A DNA stretch of 64,000 bases from Gemmatimonadota bacterium. GTDB taxonomy: Bacteria; Gemmatimonadota; Gemmatimonadetes; Gemmatimonadales; GWC2-71-9. The translations under genes and the position numbers were made by a program. The notes under the pieces were generated by a model. That model made no database searches and was not told the DNA's origin. It was given only the letters and a program-made list of their open reading frames with translations. How positions within the stretch are numbered: the stretch's first letter is position 1; each line of letters begins with the position of its first letter. Below, in pieces: positions 29,924-38,707 of this stretch. The stretch spans positions 1 through 64,000 of the forward strand of contig JAZDCZ010000102.1 of NCBI GenBank assembly GCA_036679605.1, given 5' to 3'.

Positions 29924-31999
29924 GTGAAGATCTTGCCCCGCTTGTCTGATTGCTCCGACTGCAAACGTAGAGCCATACTCGGCTGTCTGCTTCTTAGCAC
30001 GATCACGCTCCCTGCAGTGGCACAGCAAGACTCCATTCGTCTGCGTCCTGACTCCCTACGACGCATCAACTTGAGCGAGGTCGTGATAGTCGCGACTGCG
30101 GATGCCCGCGACATGTTCACCTACACCTACGACCGCATCTCACTCGAGCAAATTGAGAGATATGACGCGGCTATGGTCTCAGATTTCGCCCGTCTGATTC
30201 CAGCGGCTCATATTCAAACCAACTCTCGTGGCGAGACGCTGATCTATCTGCGAAATGCCGGTGAGCGCCAAGTCGGCGTATTCTTCGAAGGCGCTCTGCT
30301 AAATATCCCTTGGGACAACCGCGTTGACCTGAGCCTTGTTCCCGCCAGTGTCATTGGCGGAATGACAGTAGCAAAAGGAGTCCCTCCCATAGAGTACGGC
30401 ACAAACGTTCTGGGCGGGGCCGTTAATTTGACGGCCAAGACATCAGATGGCATGGGATCCGAAACTCAGTTGTCCACACGGTTTGGCACCGAGGACAGGC
30501 TTTTTTCTTCGATTACTCACCGCGGCACTCACGACAGGTTCAGCTACACCGGGTCACTATCGTACTTGAGATCAGACGGACAGGCATTAGCCGCAAATGC
30601 AAATCTCCCGTTCTCACAACTGGACAACAACATACGGACAAATACCGATTCGCGAATACTCAATTTGTTTGCTCACGGCTCATATGACCTGGCGCGCAAT
30701 TCTCGAATTGGCTTGACCTTTATGCACTCGGATGCTCGTAAGGGAATAGCCCCGGAGGGTCACCTGGCACCGGCGCAATCGAGAGTTAGATTCTGGCGCT
30801 ACCCCGACTGGGAAAATACAATTGCGATTGTCAGCACCAACGGATTCTCGGGAACCAACGCCTGGAAAGGGTCGGCATGGATATCGAAGTTTAGTCAAAC
30901 GATCCAGTCGTTCGCCGCCGCGTCGTTTGACTCCCTTGAGGATAGAGAAGAAGACGACGACCTCACGGTGGGAGCGCGGTTCACCTTAACACGGCCACTG
31001 CTTTTCGGCGATGCGAAAGTTGCAGCTAACTGGCTGACCTCCACACATTGGCAACGCGACCTCGAACTCGAACCCGACGGCAAACCGTTAGCTGGTATGA
31101 CCTTCCCCCGCCTCGCATTTCAGCAGCACTTGGTAAGTCTCGGCGGCGAGTATACCTTCGCGGTCAATCCCACCCTCGATGTCAACGTCGGAGCAAGTTT
31201 TGACGCCATGTTTTTCCCAAAAACAGGCGACAAGCCACATCTAGATACGTTTACAGATTACACGGTCACAATGGGCACCGTATACAGTAGCGGCTCGGGT
31301 TGGTTTGTTCGTACCTCTCTGGGACGCAAGACTCGGTTCCCCACGATGCGGGAGCTGTTTGGAGCAGCGATCAACCGCTTTCTCATAAACCCCAACCTGA
31401 AGCCGGAGTCATCGACGCAGACCGAACTCGGTATTGGCGCGCGGACAGCTTCGTACTCCGGCGAAATCATACCGTTCGCCACGTTCACCTCCAATACAAT
31501 TGACCAGATGTCAGTATTAGTCGATGGAGAAACCCGGCCACGGCGGAAGAGAATCAATTTGAGGGGCAGCAAAGTCCTAGGTGTCGAATTCGTCGCCAGT
31601 ACGGCCCCTGTCGACAACTTCAGGTTCGAGGGTCACCTAACACTCATGCATGTGCGGCGCCGACGAGAGACCGACGCCGATCCAAAGAGACTTGCCGAGA
31701 AACCAAATGCTCTCGGACGCCTGACGGCACAGTACGCGGACGACGATGGTACTTCGTTCATGGTTGAAACCGAATACACTGGCCGGGCCTACTCCCTGAA
31801 CGACTTCAATGAATTCGTACCACTCAACACTTCGATCGTGTTCAATTTCAGGTTGGCACAGGAGTTTGAAGTGTCGTCCTACCAACTGTGGGAGCTGTTC
31901 GTCCGCGGTGACAACGTGACCGACGACGTTGTGCTACCTCAACTCGGCCTCCCTGCACCCGGAAGATCCTGGTCGGGCGGGTTGAACGTGACCTTCTAG
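29924..31999 (+). CDS. TonB-dependent receptor
   Basis: TonB box EVVIVA, plug YGTNVLGGAVNL, NPNLKPE, C-terminal GRSWSGGLNVTF. Confidence 0.88.
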   Translation: MKILPRLSDCSDCKRRAILGCLLLSTITLPAVAQQDSIRLRPDSLRRINLSEVVIVATADARDMFTYTYDRISLEQIERYDAAMVSDFARLIPAAHIQTNSRGETLIYLRNAGERQVGVFFEGALLNIPWDNRVDLSLVPASVIGGMTVAKGVPPIEYGTNVLGGAVNLTAKTSDGMGSETQLSTRFGTEDRLFSSITHRGTHDRFSYTGSLSYLRSDGQALAANANLPFSQLDNNIRTNTDSRILNLFAHGSYDLARNSRIGLTFMHSDARKGIAPEGHLAPAQSRVRFWRYPDWENTIAIVSTNGFSGTNAWKGSAWISKFSQTIQSFAAASFDSLEDREEDDDLTVGARFTLTRPLLFGDAKVAANWLTSTHWQRDLELEPDGKPLAGMTFPRLAFQQHLVSLGGEYTFAVNPTLDVNVGASFDAMFFPKTGDKPHLDTFTDYTVTMGTVYSSGSGWFVRTSLGRKTRFPTMRELFGAAINRFLINPNLKPESSTQTELGIGARTASYSGEIIPFATFTSNTIDQMSVLVDGETRPRRKRINLRGSKVLGVEFVASTAPVDNFRFEGHLTLMHVRRRRETDADPKRLAEKPNALGRLTAQYADDDGTSFMVETEYTGRAYSLNDFNEFVPLNTSIVFNFRLAQEFEVSSYQLWELFVRGDNVTDDVVLPQLGLPAPGRSWSGGLNVTF

Positions 32000-34846
32000 T
32001 TATGGAATCGCTACGGCGGCACCAGACCTTCGCGGATCTGCTCCAGCTCTGACCCGACCCCTATCGATCCGGACAGCTGCGCCATATCCCATACGTAGTT
32101 CACCTCTGAGCGAGATGCGATGGAATTCGTGCCCCATGGCGGTCAACGTCTTCATGATCTCGGGCGCAAAGCCATCCTCTATCTGCACGACAATATCCTG
32201 CACCTTTCCGTTTTGCCTTTGAACTCCGACCAGGAACCTCGGCAACTCTAATGCACGCTGAGGTCCTAGATCTGAATCGATCGTTGCCGCCACTATCTGG
32301 TATACCGCCGACGTGATCCACGCATTGCCTGCAGCTCCGACCGCCAGCAACGGTGTCTTCTTTTTGCCCGTTCCCTTGAATACCAAGGTCGGAGCTATAC
32401 TGGTGCTGTGTCGCGCGAATGGTATCCGGGCGCCGAATGCGGCAGGGTCCGTTCGATAGGAACGCAACTTGTCATTGTAGAGAAAGCCAAGTCCTGGAGT
32501 TACATAGAAGTTGCCTCCCCAAGTGCCCAGCGTTTGTGTAACCGCAACGAAGTTTCCCTTGGCATCCGCGACCGCAAACGCAGTTGTTCCCGATGCCAAA
32601 CACCCTCGATCGTCATTCCAGCTGCAGTCGGGCAGCTCCTCACCCCACGACATCGCGACATCGACAGTGTCTGCACATGCAATGTCGTCTCCCTTGGTCT
32701 GCAGCTCCTCCGGGCCGGAACTACTGTCAGTATCAAAGCAGCGCTCCCAATGCCTCTTGGCACTGTCCTTGTCTACCGCCGGCGTGATATCGACAGGCCA
32801 GAGGTCCGGGTCGGCCAAACGTCCAAATAGGGACGGAGAGAGTTTCCATGCCTCTATCATGGCATGAAGTGTTGGTGCGTCCTCGGTGTACAGGCCAGGT
32901 TTCGCAAACTGATCCAACAGATTGAGCTTCGCTATCAGCGAGGCCCCACCACTCGCTGCCGGCGCGGACGAGTAGATCGTGTGGCCGTGGTACGTCCCCG
33001 TTACGGGGGTGCGCCTAGCGGCATAGTAGCGCGCCATATCACTCGACGAAATGGCGTTTCCCTTTCCTCTTAGGTCCGACACGAGTCGCTCGGCAACGGC
33101 GCCGCGGTAAAATGCATCGGCCCCGCTGTCTGCTATTTGGCGGAGGGTCCACGCCAAATCGAGATTCCTCAGAGTGTCACCGGCGGCAAGTGGCTCGCCA
33201 TCGGGAAAAAACAATGCACGGCTACCTTCATACTTGAGAAATCGATTGCGCTCTCGCGCCAATGTCGTCGTGAACGCGTCGTCCAAGACAAAACCGTTTT
33301 CCGCCAACTCGACAGCCGGCTCAACAAGCTCAGCCCACTTCAGCTTTCCGCTACCGAATTCCTTCCACGCCTTCCACATGCCGGCGACCGTACCGGGGAC
33401 ATTCGCCACGACAGGCCCGTCGCGCGGGAGGCTCCCGTTTTCAAGCAGCGCAGCGTTATCCAGGCCGGCGTGCTCGGGCACACGAGTCAGAAACTCTATG
33501 ACAACCGGCTCCGCCATACCAGTCAGGTACAGCACCATCTCGCCATAGCCCCCTACGCCACTAGCGTCCGGTTCCACTACGCCAAGAGCAAAAGACACGG
33601 CCACCGCTGCATCAACCACGTTACCGCCTTTGCTCAGCATCTTCGCTCCAGCGGCAGTGGCCAAAGGATTCGCGCTAGAGACACCGGCGCTGCTGCTGAC
33701 CTCGCTACGCATCTGGGGGTGATGTTGAATGATCTTGTAAGTAGCCGCCTCAGCTTTATCGAGAGTTTCCGCGGCGACAGCCTGCGGCCGGAACTTGGCT
33801 CTTAGTTCGTCCCACCTATCGGCTTCGTTGGTCTCATAGTAGAGCCGCTTCATCCTGCTCCACACTCGGTCGAACAATTCAGCATTATGCGCGGTGCGCT
33901 CCCTACTCGCGTCTACCGATATCTGACTCAGATCTGCGTCTGGAAGACTGGGAGCCGGTACTAACCACAAACGACCATCCAGCGCACCGTCGTCCCCGTC
34001 CTTGCGATCCCCTAGCCTGTTCGGATCACCATTGTACCCGGGCGCCGGCCTAGGTAATTCTGCTAGGGCGAGTTGCTGTCCGTCCGGCGACCAAGTTGGC
34101 TGTGCCTGCTTCACGCTTACGAGGTTCGTGTAACTCCCGTCGAGCGGTGTTACCCATACCCCAGTCCTACCTCTACGCGTCACAAACGCGATTACATCAC
34201 CATTGGGCGACCAGGATGGATACTCGACCTGCATGTTGCCGATAACGACCCTGTCGTCCGCACCATCAATGGAACCGATTCGCAGCTGCCTTCGACCGTT
34301 CAACTCAGATACGTAGATGATTTGCACACCATCGGGCGAGAAGGCCGGAGATCTCTCTGCGCCTTTCCGTTTGGTTAGTCGACTGACTTCTCCATCGATT
34401 ACGGTCCAGAGATCCGCCAGCGGTCCCTGTCCACGGACGAACACGATGTCACCTTTCTTCGAAACACTTGGCTCCCCATCTGAGTATGGCGAGTCAGTAA
34501 CCGCGGTGGCCGGTTCTGTACCACCACTCTCATCTACATCGACTCTCCACAAGTCGAACTTTCCTGCTCGATCGGATGAGAAGATCAGGGCGGTTCCGTC
34601 ACTCGTCCACGCAGGCTCCCTGTCCCACGCTGGGCCCGATGTGACTTGGACGATCACCGTACTGTCGTTGAGTTTCACCGCGGCATCGTGCTTGCCAAAA
34701 GCCATGATCCACAGATCGCCCTTGAGTTCGAACGCTAGGCGTCCCGTAGACGAATAGATCGGGTTACGAACTCCCGCTCGGAAGATGACGTTGCTATCAG
34801 GAGACTGCGTGGCAAGAGCCAGAAGCGCGCACAGCGTAACGATCAT
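32000..34846 (-). CDS. secreted fusion: TolB/PD40 propeller plus gamma-glutamyltransferase-family Ntn hydrolase
   Basis: PAW/PAFSPDG/PSWSPNG repeats; GGNVVDAAVAVSFALGVVEP, VPGTVAG, G-TTAFAVAD nucleophile, GADPRR. Confidence 0.85.
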   Translation of the reverse strand: MIVTLCALLALATQSPDSNVIFRAGVRNPIYSSTGRLAFELKGDLWIMAFGKHDAAVKLNDSTVIVQVTSGPAWDREPAWTSDGTALIFSSDRAGKFDLWRVDVDESGGTEPATAVTDSPYSDGEPSVSKKGDIVFVRGQGPLADLWTVIDGEVSRLTKRKGAERSPAFSPDGVQIIYVSELNGRRQLRIGSIDGADDRVVIGNMQVEYPSWSPNGDVIAFVTRRGRTGVWVTPLDGSYTNLVSVKQAQPTWSPDGQQLALAELPRPAPGYNGDPNRLGDRKDGDDGALDGRLWLVPAPSLPDADLSQISVDASRERTAHNAELFDRVWSRMKRLYYETNEADRWDELRAKFRPQAVAAETLDKAEAATYKIIQHHPQMRSEVSSSAGVSSANPLATAAGAKMLSKGGNVVDAAVAVSFALGVVEPDASGVGGYGEMVLYLTGMAEPVVIEFLTRVPEHAGLDNAALLENGSLPRDGPVVANVPGTVAGMWKAWKEFGSGKLKWAELVEPAVELAENGFVLDDAFTTTLARERNRFLKYEGSRALFFPDGEPLAAGDTLRNLDLAWTLRQIADSGADAFYRGAVAERLVSDLRGKGNAISSSDMARYYAARRTPVTGTYHGHTIYSSAPAASGGASLIAKLNLLDQFAKPGLYTEDAPTLHAMIEAWKLSPSLFGRLADPDLWPVDITPAVDKDSAKRHWERCFDTDSSSGPEELQTKGDDIACADTVDVAMSWGEELPDCSWNDDRGCLASGTTAFAVADAKGNFVAVTQTLGTWGGNFYVTPGLGFLYNDKLRSYRTDPAAFGARIPFARHSTSIAPTLVFKGTGKKKTPLLAVGAAGNAWITSAVYQIVAATIDSDLGPQRALELPRFLVGVQRQNGKVQDIVVQIEDGFAPEIMKTLTAMGHEFHRISLRGELRMGYGAAVRIDRGRVRAGADPRRSGAAVAIP

Positions 34847-34858
34847 TTAGTCCGCCTT

Positions 34859-36157
34859 TCAGCGACGCTTTGCTTTGATGAATACATCGATGCCGCCCGG
34901 CCGATCGTTGACGTAGCTCAGCTGAACCCGGCCGTCGTCCGTCTCACTCAGTTGTGCCGGAATTGAGTTTGCCGTCACATACCAACCCGCAGGCAACACG
35001 ACGACGTTGCGGGATCGTCCAAAGCTTCGGTCCCAGATTAGTTCGCCTCCAACCCGAAGATATCGACTTGGATCTGTGTACGTCTCCTCGATACGCAGGC
35101 GTGCCGAGTGACCGGGTTGCACAGGATCGAACCATATCACCACGACCTCCGTCTCCGGAGAAATGTCCGGGCCAATATCGATGCCTCGAGCGGAGATGTC
35201 CGAACCCCTTAGGGTCTCTACTTTCAGCTGTTCACCGGTGTCCAGCAGGCGCGCCGAGGGGTTATCTGCCTTGCTGCCAGACCGAACAACATTCAAATAG
35301 CGATCCACTCCCTCTCGTGTCTCAGTGTAATCATGATAGAGCCTGAACGAGTGTGATTCGGGATCTTGGAGGAAATAAACAATTTCTCTATCCTGTGAGG
35401 CCCTCTCGGAGAACTTGTAGTCGATACGTGCACCCTGTCGTGTCTCAGATGCAATCGTGCGTGGCGCACTCGCTGACTGCTCACGTAGATTGTCTTGACC
35501 GGCAAGGCCGGATGCTTTGTCCGGGAGCCTCCGGGCGCGCACCTGGTACGGTACTGAAGCCAGACCACGGTTCATGAAGCTGATCTTGATCCTGCCATCG
35601 GCCTCCGTCACCACTTGTGAAGGGTAATTGCAGCCGATCAGTTCGTAGCCAATCGGAAGAACCACCGAGTTTCGCTTAATGCCGAGCGAACGCGAGAACA
35701 ATATCTCTCCATCCTCGACGGTATAGCTCTTTGGATCCTTGTATGTCTTGTCTATCCGGAGCCTTGTCTCCCCACCCGCCGGAACGGGCCTGGCAAGCCT
35801 TATCTTGATGTAACGCTCATCTGCTCGAAGATTGCTGAATCCCTCTTCGCGGGCACTGCGTCCCTCAACGATTTCCCACGTCAGTTCGCGGCCCGTCATG
35901 AGATCGTACACCGTATGTACGATCGCCTCGCTGCCTGGCCGAATACCGTTGAAGAAATACTCGGATCCTTCTGCCGTGGCACTCACATCATAGTAGATCC
36001 TGAAACTGCTGCTGGATGGATCGAGCAGTTCATAGCGGGTATAATCGTCAGTCTGTGTCTGCCGCCGAGCTTGGCCATAGGATGAACTGGTCGCACTCAC
36101 ACTGAGAGCAGAGGCAACGATCAACACTCTTGCCACCGATCCGGGGATGCTGCACAT
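34859..36157 (-). CDS. secreted hypothetical protein with two tandem homologous domains
   Basis: Signal peptide and internal repeat (see findings); 12 bp upstream of the GGT fusion. Confidence 0.75.
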   Translation of the reverse strand: MCSIPGSVARVLIVASALSVSATSSSYGQARRQTQTDDYTRYELLDPSSSSFRIYYDVSATAEGSEYFFNGIRPGSEAIVHTVYDLMTGRELTWEIVEGRSAREEGFSNLRADERYIKIRLARPVPAGGETRLRIDKTYKDPKSYTVEDGEILFSRSLGIKRNSVVLPIGYELIGCNYPSQVVTEADGRIKISFMNRGLASVPYQVRARRLPDKASGLAGQDNLREQSASAPRTIASETRQGARIDYKFSERASQDREIVYFLQDPESHSFRLYHDYTETREGVDRYLNVVRSGSKADNPSARLLDTGEQLKVETLRGSDISARGIDIGPDISPETEVVVIWFDPVQPGHSARLRIEETYTDPSRYLRVGGELIWDRSFGRSRNVVVLPAGWYVTANSIPAQLSETDDGRVQLSYVNDRPGGIDVFIKAKRR

Positions 36158-36291
36158 AGGATGTCCTCTCGCCTGTCACATCGGTAAACAGAAATTTGGC
36201 CCACGCAAGATAAGATCTCGAACACCCCGTGGCGAGACTTAGCGCTGATCGTCTTGACAAAGCGACTAGCTATGCGGAGCATTGTGCACCC

Positions 36292-37623
36292 ATGCATTTA
36301 GACGACCAGCCTAAACTACAGCGCGCTATCAGATTGCCACACGCCACTGCGATGGTCGTGGGCACCATAATCGGTGCAACAATATTCGTACAACCTTCTG
36401 AGATTACTGGGCACGTTAATTCCATACCAGGAGTATTCCTGGTTTGGGCAGTTGCCGGCATTCTGACCCTGTTCGGCGCTCTGGTGTGCGCGGAATTGGC
36501 CAGCACGTTTACTCGGTGTGGCGGCGTGTACGTCTACCTCAGCGAGGCCTACTCCCCTGCAGTGGGCTTCCTTTGGGGTTGGGCGATGCTGTGGAGCATG
36601 CACTCCGGGATTATTGCTGTAGTGTCGGTTGTCTTCGCAAGATACCTTGCATTCTTCATCCCCATGGGACCTGCCGGCATCAAGGCGGCGGCCGTGGGTC
36701 TGATCGTACTGCTATCTGCCATCAACTATCGCGGTGTCAGACAAGGTAGTGCACTTCAAACTGCCTTCACTGTTGGCAAGCTCATCGCGATCGTACTCAT
36801 TGTTGTCCTCGGTGTTGTGTTAGGGTCGGGTGTCCAGCACCATTTTCAGTCCAGCGGCCCGTCCAACTTTTCTTTGGGAGAGTTTGGTCTTGCAGTATCG
36901 GCAGGCCTGTTCGCCTTCGGCGGCTGGCACATGGTGACCTACAATTCAGAAGAAACGGTCAACCCCAAGACTACGATTCCACGCGCTCTTCTGTATGGCA
37001 TAGTGATCGTTACGGGCTGCTACATAGCAATGAACGCTGTCTACATGTACATCCTACCCCTCGATACCGTAGCATCATCTACTCGGGTGGCTGCTGATGC
37101 CGCTGATGCGGTCATTGGATTCGGGGGCGGAGCAGCCATGTCTGCATTGGTAATCTTCTCCACCTTCGGAGCTTTGAGTGGAATCATCCTCAGCGGGCCC
37201 CGGGTGTATTTCGCCATGGCACGAGACGGCCAGCTGTTCGGTTGGTTAGGTGTCGTACACCGGAAGTACAAGACGCCGCACCGAGCAATAGCCATCCAGG
37301 CCATCTTGTCGTCGGCTCTTGTGGTTACAGGTACCTACCGCACTCTTTTCACCCGGGTTGTATACACCGAGTGGATATTCTTCGGTCTCATGGCCGTTGG
37401 ATTGATCGTGCTTCGACGCAGGAAAGATGTTTCCCGCCAGTACTCTGTCTGGGGCTACCCCATCATTCCGGCGAGTTTTGCCGTCGCTTCCCTGCTCATA
37501 GTCATCAACCAAGTTGCGTCCGACCCTGCCGAAAGTATATTTGGCATCTCCCTCATTCTAATTGGACTACCCGTTTACTTCTTCTGGGCCAGAAAGGCAG
37601 AGAATGACGCAATGACATCATGA
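36292..37623 (+). CDS. APC-family amino acid permease
   Basis: VGTIIGATIF, GGVYVYL, FAFGGW, PRVYFAMARDG; about 12 TM segments. Confidence 0.9.
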   Translation: MHLDDQPKLQRAIRLPHATAMVVGTIIGATIFVQPSEITGHVNSIPGVFLVWAVAGILTLFGALVCAELASTFTRCGGVYVYLSEAYSPAVGFLWGWAMLWSMHSGIIAVVSVVFARYLAFFIPMGPAGIKAAAVGLIVLLSAINYRGVRQGSALQTAFTVGKLIAIVLIVVLGVVLGSGVQHHFQSSGPSNFSLGEFGLAVSAGLFAFGGWHMVTYNSEETVNPKTTIPRALLYGIVIVTGCYIAMNAVYMYILPLDTVASSTRVAADAADAVIGFGGGAAMSALVIFSTFGALSGIILSGPRVYFAMARDGQLFGWLGVVHRKYKTPHRAIAIQAILSSALVVTGTYRTLFTRVVYTEWIFFGLMAVGLIVLRRRKDVSRQYSVWGYPIIPASFAVASLLIVINQVASDPAESIFGISLILIGLPVYFFWARKAENDAMTS

Positions 37624-38597
37624 CGGTCATCGACTTTCACAACCATTACTATCCGCCAGCCTACCTCGAGGCGCTGAAGGCCGGATCCAGCATCAAGATT
37701 ACGATCGACTCTGATAACAATCCAGTTCTACATTACCCCGGCGACTACAACATCATTGTACCGGGACACAGAGACATCGCATTCCGCCAGAATGTCCTGG
37801 ATGAAGAAGGTGTGGACAAGCAGATATTGACGCTCACATCTCCGGGTACTCATATCGAAGCACCGGAACTCGCGGTCCCTCTGGCCAGGACAATCAACGA
37901 TTGCCTAGCCAACATCGTTGCTACGCGAGGTGACCGGTTCGCCGCCCTCGCCACTCTGCCATTGAATGATCCCGAGGCCTCTGTCGAGGAGTTAGAGCGG
38001 GCGGTCACGGAGCTGGGCTTCAAGGGATGCATGCTGTTCAGCAACGTCAACGGCACGGCCTTGAGCGACGAGCAGTTCATCCCACTCTACGAGCTAGCCG
38101 ATCGGCTGGGAGTGGTTTTTTACATCCATCCGATCCATCCGGTCGGAGTCGAGGCCATGACTGACTATTGGCTGATGCCGTTGCTCGGATTCACGTTCGA
38201 CACCACTCTGGCGGCAGCAAAGCTGGTCTTCAGCGGAGTTGTCGAGCGGTTCCCGCGAATCCGGTGGGCGCTCGGCCACCTCGGGGGCGCGATACCCTAC
38301 CTCGCCGAACGCCTCGACCGCGGTTACGAGGCGTTTGAGGAGTGTAGGCGCAACATCAGCCGTCCGCCCACCGAATACCTAAAACAGTTCTACTACGATA
38401 CGGTGAACTTCGATGTACGGGCGCTACAGCTCGCCATTGATTTTGCCGGTGTCGATCACATCGTCGCCGGCAGCGATTACCCTCACCGCATCGGTAGCAT
38501 CCGGAGCATGCTACAGAGTATCGAGGCGCTGGACCTGACCCCAGACGATCGAGCCAAGGTTTTGGGAGGCAACGCCAGAGCCCTGCTGAGTCTCTGA
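37620..38597 (+). CDS. amidohydrolase_2 family (ACMSD-like decarboxylase/hydrolase)
   Basis: IDFHNH, YIHP, HLGG, YYDT, GSDYP; ATGA overlap with the permease. Confidence 0.85.
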   Translation: MTVIDFHNHYYPPAYLEALKAGSSIKITIDSDNNPVLHYPGDYNIIVPGHRDIAFRQNVLDEEGVDKQILTLTSPGTHIEAPELAVPLARTINDCLANIVATRGDRFAALATLPLNDPEASVEELERAVTELGFKGCMLFSNVNGTALSDEQFIPLYELADRLGVVFYIHPIHPVGVEAMTDYWLMPLLGFTFDTTLAAAKLVFSGVVERFPRIRWALGHLGGAIPYLAERLDRGYEAFEECRRNISRPPTEYLKQFYYDTVNFDVRALQLAIDFAGVDHIVAGSDYPHRIGSIRSMLQSIEALDLTPDDRAKVLGGNARALLSL

Positions 38598-38635
38598 GAG
38601 GGGACCCACACGACAAAGCGGCCGGGACCAAGAGC

Positions 38636-38674
38636 AGAGAGGGGATAGACAACTAAGCGGTCTATCCCCTCTCT
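38636..38674. terminator. 15-bp perfect inverted repeat between convergent genes
   Basis: AGAGAGGGGATAGAC-N9-GTCTATCCCCTCTCT. Confidence 0.7.
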
Positions 38675-38707
38675 ATTCCATGACATCTACCCTAGGCGTC
38701 TATCCGT

